Shown one piece after another: positions 60,901 to 64,000 of a stretch of 64,000 bases of DNA. The position numbers and the translations under genes were made by a program. This DNA is from Amoebophrya sp. A120. Taxonomy: Eukaryota > Protista > Dinoflagellata. Location of the stretch: NCBI GenBank assembly GCA_905178155.1, contig CAJINV010000008.1:3745420-3809419 (forward strand), read 5' to 3'. Position 1 is the first letter of the stretch; every line of letters starts with the position of its first letter. The notes beneath the pieces are model-generated. The model did no database searches and was not told the DNA's origin. It saw only the letters and a list, made by a program, of their open reading frames with translations.

Positions 60901-63900
60901 CGCGACAATCTCCCTTCGCAGCGTGAATGTCGTTCCAACTCGGCGGAGAGCGCAATGACAACAATTTCCTTTAGCGGAAGTGGGGCGGTCAAACTGTCGG
61001 TGGCTCGATCTCCCGATGTTAAACAGGAAGTACATGACGAAATAAGTTCTTCCGCTTCTATTTTCTCAAAAGGAATATCACTATCAGCGAAGGCAGAACT
61101 ACTCGGAGCAGCATGTTCGTCTAGCGGCGGGAGGATACCTTTAACCTCGGAAGAACATCATGATCAAGACGAATCCGAAGATGTGGCAGCACAACTACCA
61201 GGAGCTGAAGATATAATTAACCACGGCCACCAGGAGCGGATGCTGCGCACAGACAAGCCGTTGCTCTCCTTCCAAGAAGAAACGGCGAAGCTGAACCTGA
61301 AACAGCGGCACTCGCTGCAAACCGACCTCTTCGCCCGTACGGAGTCTGACAAAAACATGCTGACAGTGACCACAAGCCAACCCTTATCAAGTGTAAAAGT
61401 GTCTGGGTCTGGAAGAGTCATGCTGTTTTTGCATGACACAGAAGGTCTGGCATGGAAGCTCTAGCATTACAGGTTTCGAGAACCTTCCGCATTGCCGAAT
61501 CCGCATGACAAGTCCCCTACTTTGCTGACAAAAAGTTGTGGGAGCTTTTGCTACGTATGCATGAGAGACTTTTCCGTGTTCTGAAATACGCATTACAAGT
61601 TGCATTCTTCCAGACCCAGACATTTTTACACTTGATAACCCTTGCACCGGATCAATTCGAACGCGTCCTCGCAGAGCGGCGGAAGAACCTCAAATTGTGG
61701 CACCAGACACAACTACATCCACAACTACACGTCGTCGGGCAGCACGAACAGGGGAAACAAAACCACAACCTCGAATTCTTACGGCCGCTCATCGTACAAC
61801 TTTTCGACGGCGGAAATGATGATGGGGACGAACAAGAACTGCAGGCCGCGTGTTTCGCTGAACAACCCGATGTTCTCGGGAACAGCAGGAGCACCAAGAG
61901 GACCACCTTCACAAGCGCCGCCGGCTCGGAGTCGGTTGAACTCGGTGGAGCAGATCCCTTCGATGTACCGGCCGCGCCGGGCCTCCGAGCTGCTGCTCAA
62001 CCGGAGGCCGGCAAATTTGATGGACGAGCAAACACCGGTGGTGCGACAATTGGTCGTGGATCGAAATGTGCGGAGAAGTACGTGCCTTTCCCGGTCGAGT
62101 AGCTCCGGTGAGGGTCGTATGCAGGGAAAAACCGCCATGATCCCCATCCATTTTTTGTTTGATAAAACATAAACACTTGATGAGGTACTTACTTAAATGG
62201 GTGCGCCTCATTGATTCTTCATCCTCGGGCTGGGGGATAGAGTAGCACGCAGCTGTCTGCCAAATAACGGCACACTGTCAACATCGTCATCACTGGACTT
62301 TACGTTTACGCATGAATTTGGCATGAAAAATTCGATGGGGATCATGGGTCTTTTTGTGTGGATAGGTCGGCGATCGGTCACTGCGGGAGGAGGTGCTGGA
62401 ACGAACCGCAACGCGACAGGCACGGCAGCTGCGGGGGTCGTGGCCGCGGACCAGTCCGCGCGGGGACTGCATCATGTGAGCTGCTGTTTTCCTTCGATCC
62501 CGTGTGCCATAGACGAGAAGCAGGTGGCCGATATGATGTTGTGTAAAAAGAGATCTAGTGCTCACTGTGGTGGACGAACAAGCGGTTTTGCGTCCGCGCG
62601 GAGTAGCTACCGGATGGACCAGGTGAGTGAACACTCTGTCGAACAGAGCGGGACTGCTCATTGCGGTAGTGGTGCGAAGGAGCACGGAGAAGTTGGAATC
62701 GATCCCGGGCGCGGGCCGCACCACTACACGAACAACACTGCAGCTGGCTCCACCTTCGTAGTGCCAACGCAGCGTTTTGGAGCTGAACGGGATAATTGCG
62801 TTCCACTACATGACGAGTCCACGCCCACTTTTGACGGCACGGCTCCTGATCATGGTGGGGAAAACCTAATGAAAAACACTGGAAATTTATTGCAGAATAA
62901 TACAGAGGGTCTTGATGTTGCGGTTGCGCGGGTAAGTGGAACATTATCTGCGGACCACGCCACGACCGAGCAACAAGGTAAAGGTTCTTTGCAACAAACA
63001 TTGAGCGGCCCTCCAATTGGTGTAGCAGCAGGAGCAATTTTTCGGGACACGGACTCCGCACCAACAGCAGTCGACTCCAACGATAATTTTTCCGACGCGG
63101 AGCAGGCCCCCGGCACGACTTCTGTTCCTCCATCCAGCCAAACCGCTCTCCTGAAGCAGCTTTTTGCGGATGAAGAGGATCCGGCTGGGTTTGGATACAC
63201 GCCCAACAATGTTGGTGCCAATCAAAACAACCGCGGAAATAATTTTAAGAACTGCTACGGTTTCGCGCCACCCAACGAACAGGAGGATTACCTGCAGGCG
63301 AGGTTTCGGGAAGAGATTACCATGATGAAGAGCTTGGACCACCCGAGTATTTGCAAACTTTACGATGTTGTGGAGGACGACTTTTCGATCTTCCTCGTCA
63401 TGGAGTATTGCGACGGGGGGGAACTAAACGACAAAATTGACGACGACAGCCTATTACCGGAACATGAGTCCTTGCAGATTGTCAAGCAGGTGGCCCAAGG
63501 TACGGAACGGAAAATTTTGAAAGAGTTACTTATGTCATAGGGTGTTCTTCATTTCAGAAATGAGAATGAGAATCTTTATCGGATATGCGGCCTACGCCTA
63601 AGTGAACCCAAAAACAACATATTGCCATTGCGTCGCATGATTTTTGCATTTCTTTGGTTTTGCATTTGCACGGCAACTACAATACGAGAAAGAATCAGAA
63701 TCATAAAATCCAAACCCATACACCGCAGGTCTTCGCTACTGCCACGAGCAGAATATTGTCCATCGCGACATCAAGCCGGAGAATATCCTGTTCAAAAGCA
63801 GCAAAAGCGCTTCCAACTACCAGCAGAAGAGTTATGCGGGCGACCACGAGAGTTCTTACGTAACCCGCGAAGATCGAATGCTGCACAACAACATCTCCAA

Positions 63901-64000
63901 GAACGGTGTGGTTCCAAATCCAATGAAGAAGGAGCAAGATAACTTTGTGAAGCTGATCGATTTTGGCATTGCCAGCTGGAATAACTCGCTCACAAACGAG
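57921..64000 (+). CDS. CAMK/CDPK-type Ser/Thr protein kinase (partial; runs off the window end)
   Basis: [48 protein letters not shown], then after a canonical intron (63500-63728) [21 protein letters not shown] and KLIDFG. Introns 59912-60101, 61385-61642 and 62118-62369 keep frame. Confidence 0.9.
59912..60096. mobile_element. TIR introner
   Basis: Left TATCCCAGAGAAAAAAGC..GGCGCATTTGT vs right reverse complement TATCCCACAGAACAAAGC..GGCGCATTTGT; TSD GAAGA/GAAGA. Confidence 0.9.
61385..61637. mobile_element. TIR introner (family A subfamily 2)
   Basis: TATCAAGTGTAAAAGTGTCTGGGTCTGGAAGA / TCTTCCAGACCCAGACATTTTTACACTTGATA; TSD ACCCT/ACCCT; paralogue of 7012-7269. Confidence 0.93.
62118..62364. 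mobile_element. TIR introner
   Basis: Left TATGCAGGGAAAAACCGCCATGATCCCCATC vs right reverse complement TATCCACACAAAAAGACCCATGATCCCCATC; TSD GGTCG/GGTCG. Confidence 0.9.

Overview
This is eukaryotic (protist) genomic DNA. The low-complexity, insertion-rich proteins and the abundant inverted-repeat-bounded non-canonical introns point to a Syndiniales dinoflagellate such as Amoebophrya; this is an inference. Host genes on the + strand are a CC2D1/Lgd-like C2 protein, a small Cys-rich protein, a multi-pass membrane protein, an HSL-family alpha/beta-hydrolase, a small membrane protein and a CAMK/CDPK-type kinase that runs off the end. About 18 short elements (86-539 bp) interrupt these genes and the genes inside a transposon. 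They have TAT...ATA termini, 25-40 bp terminal inverted repeats (TIRs) and 5-bp target-site duplications (TSDs). In the testable cases, removing element+5 nt restores the reading frame, usually without GT-AG. Mobile DNA also includes two endonuclease-less RT+RNase H non-LTR elements, a ~14 kb TIR-bounded element whose intron-split gene encodes a CxxH-type DDE transposase-like protein, and a nested pair of non-autonomous DNA transposons (8-bp and TTA TSDs). There are three N gaps; two are flanked by duplications that look like assembly artefacts.
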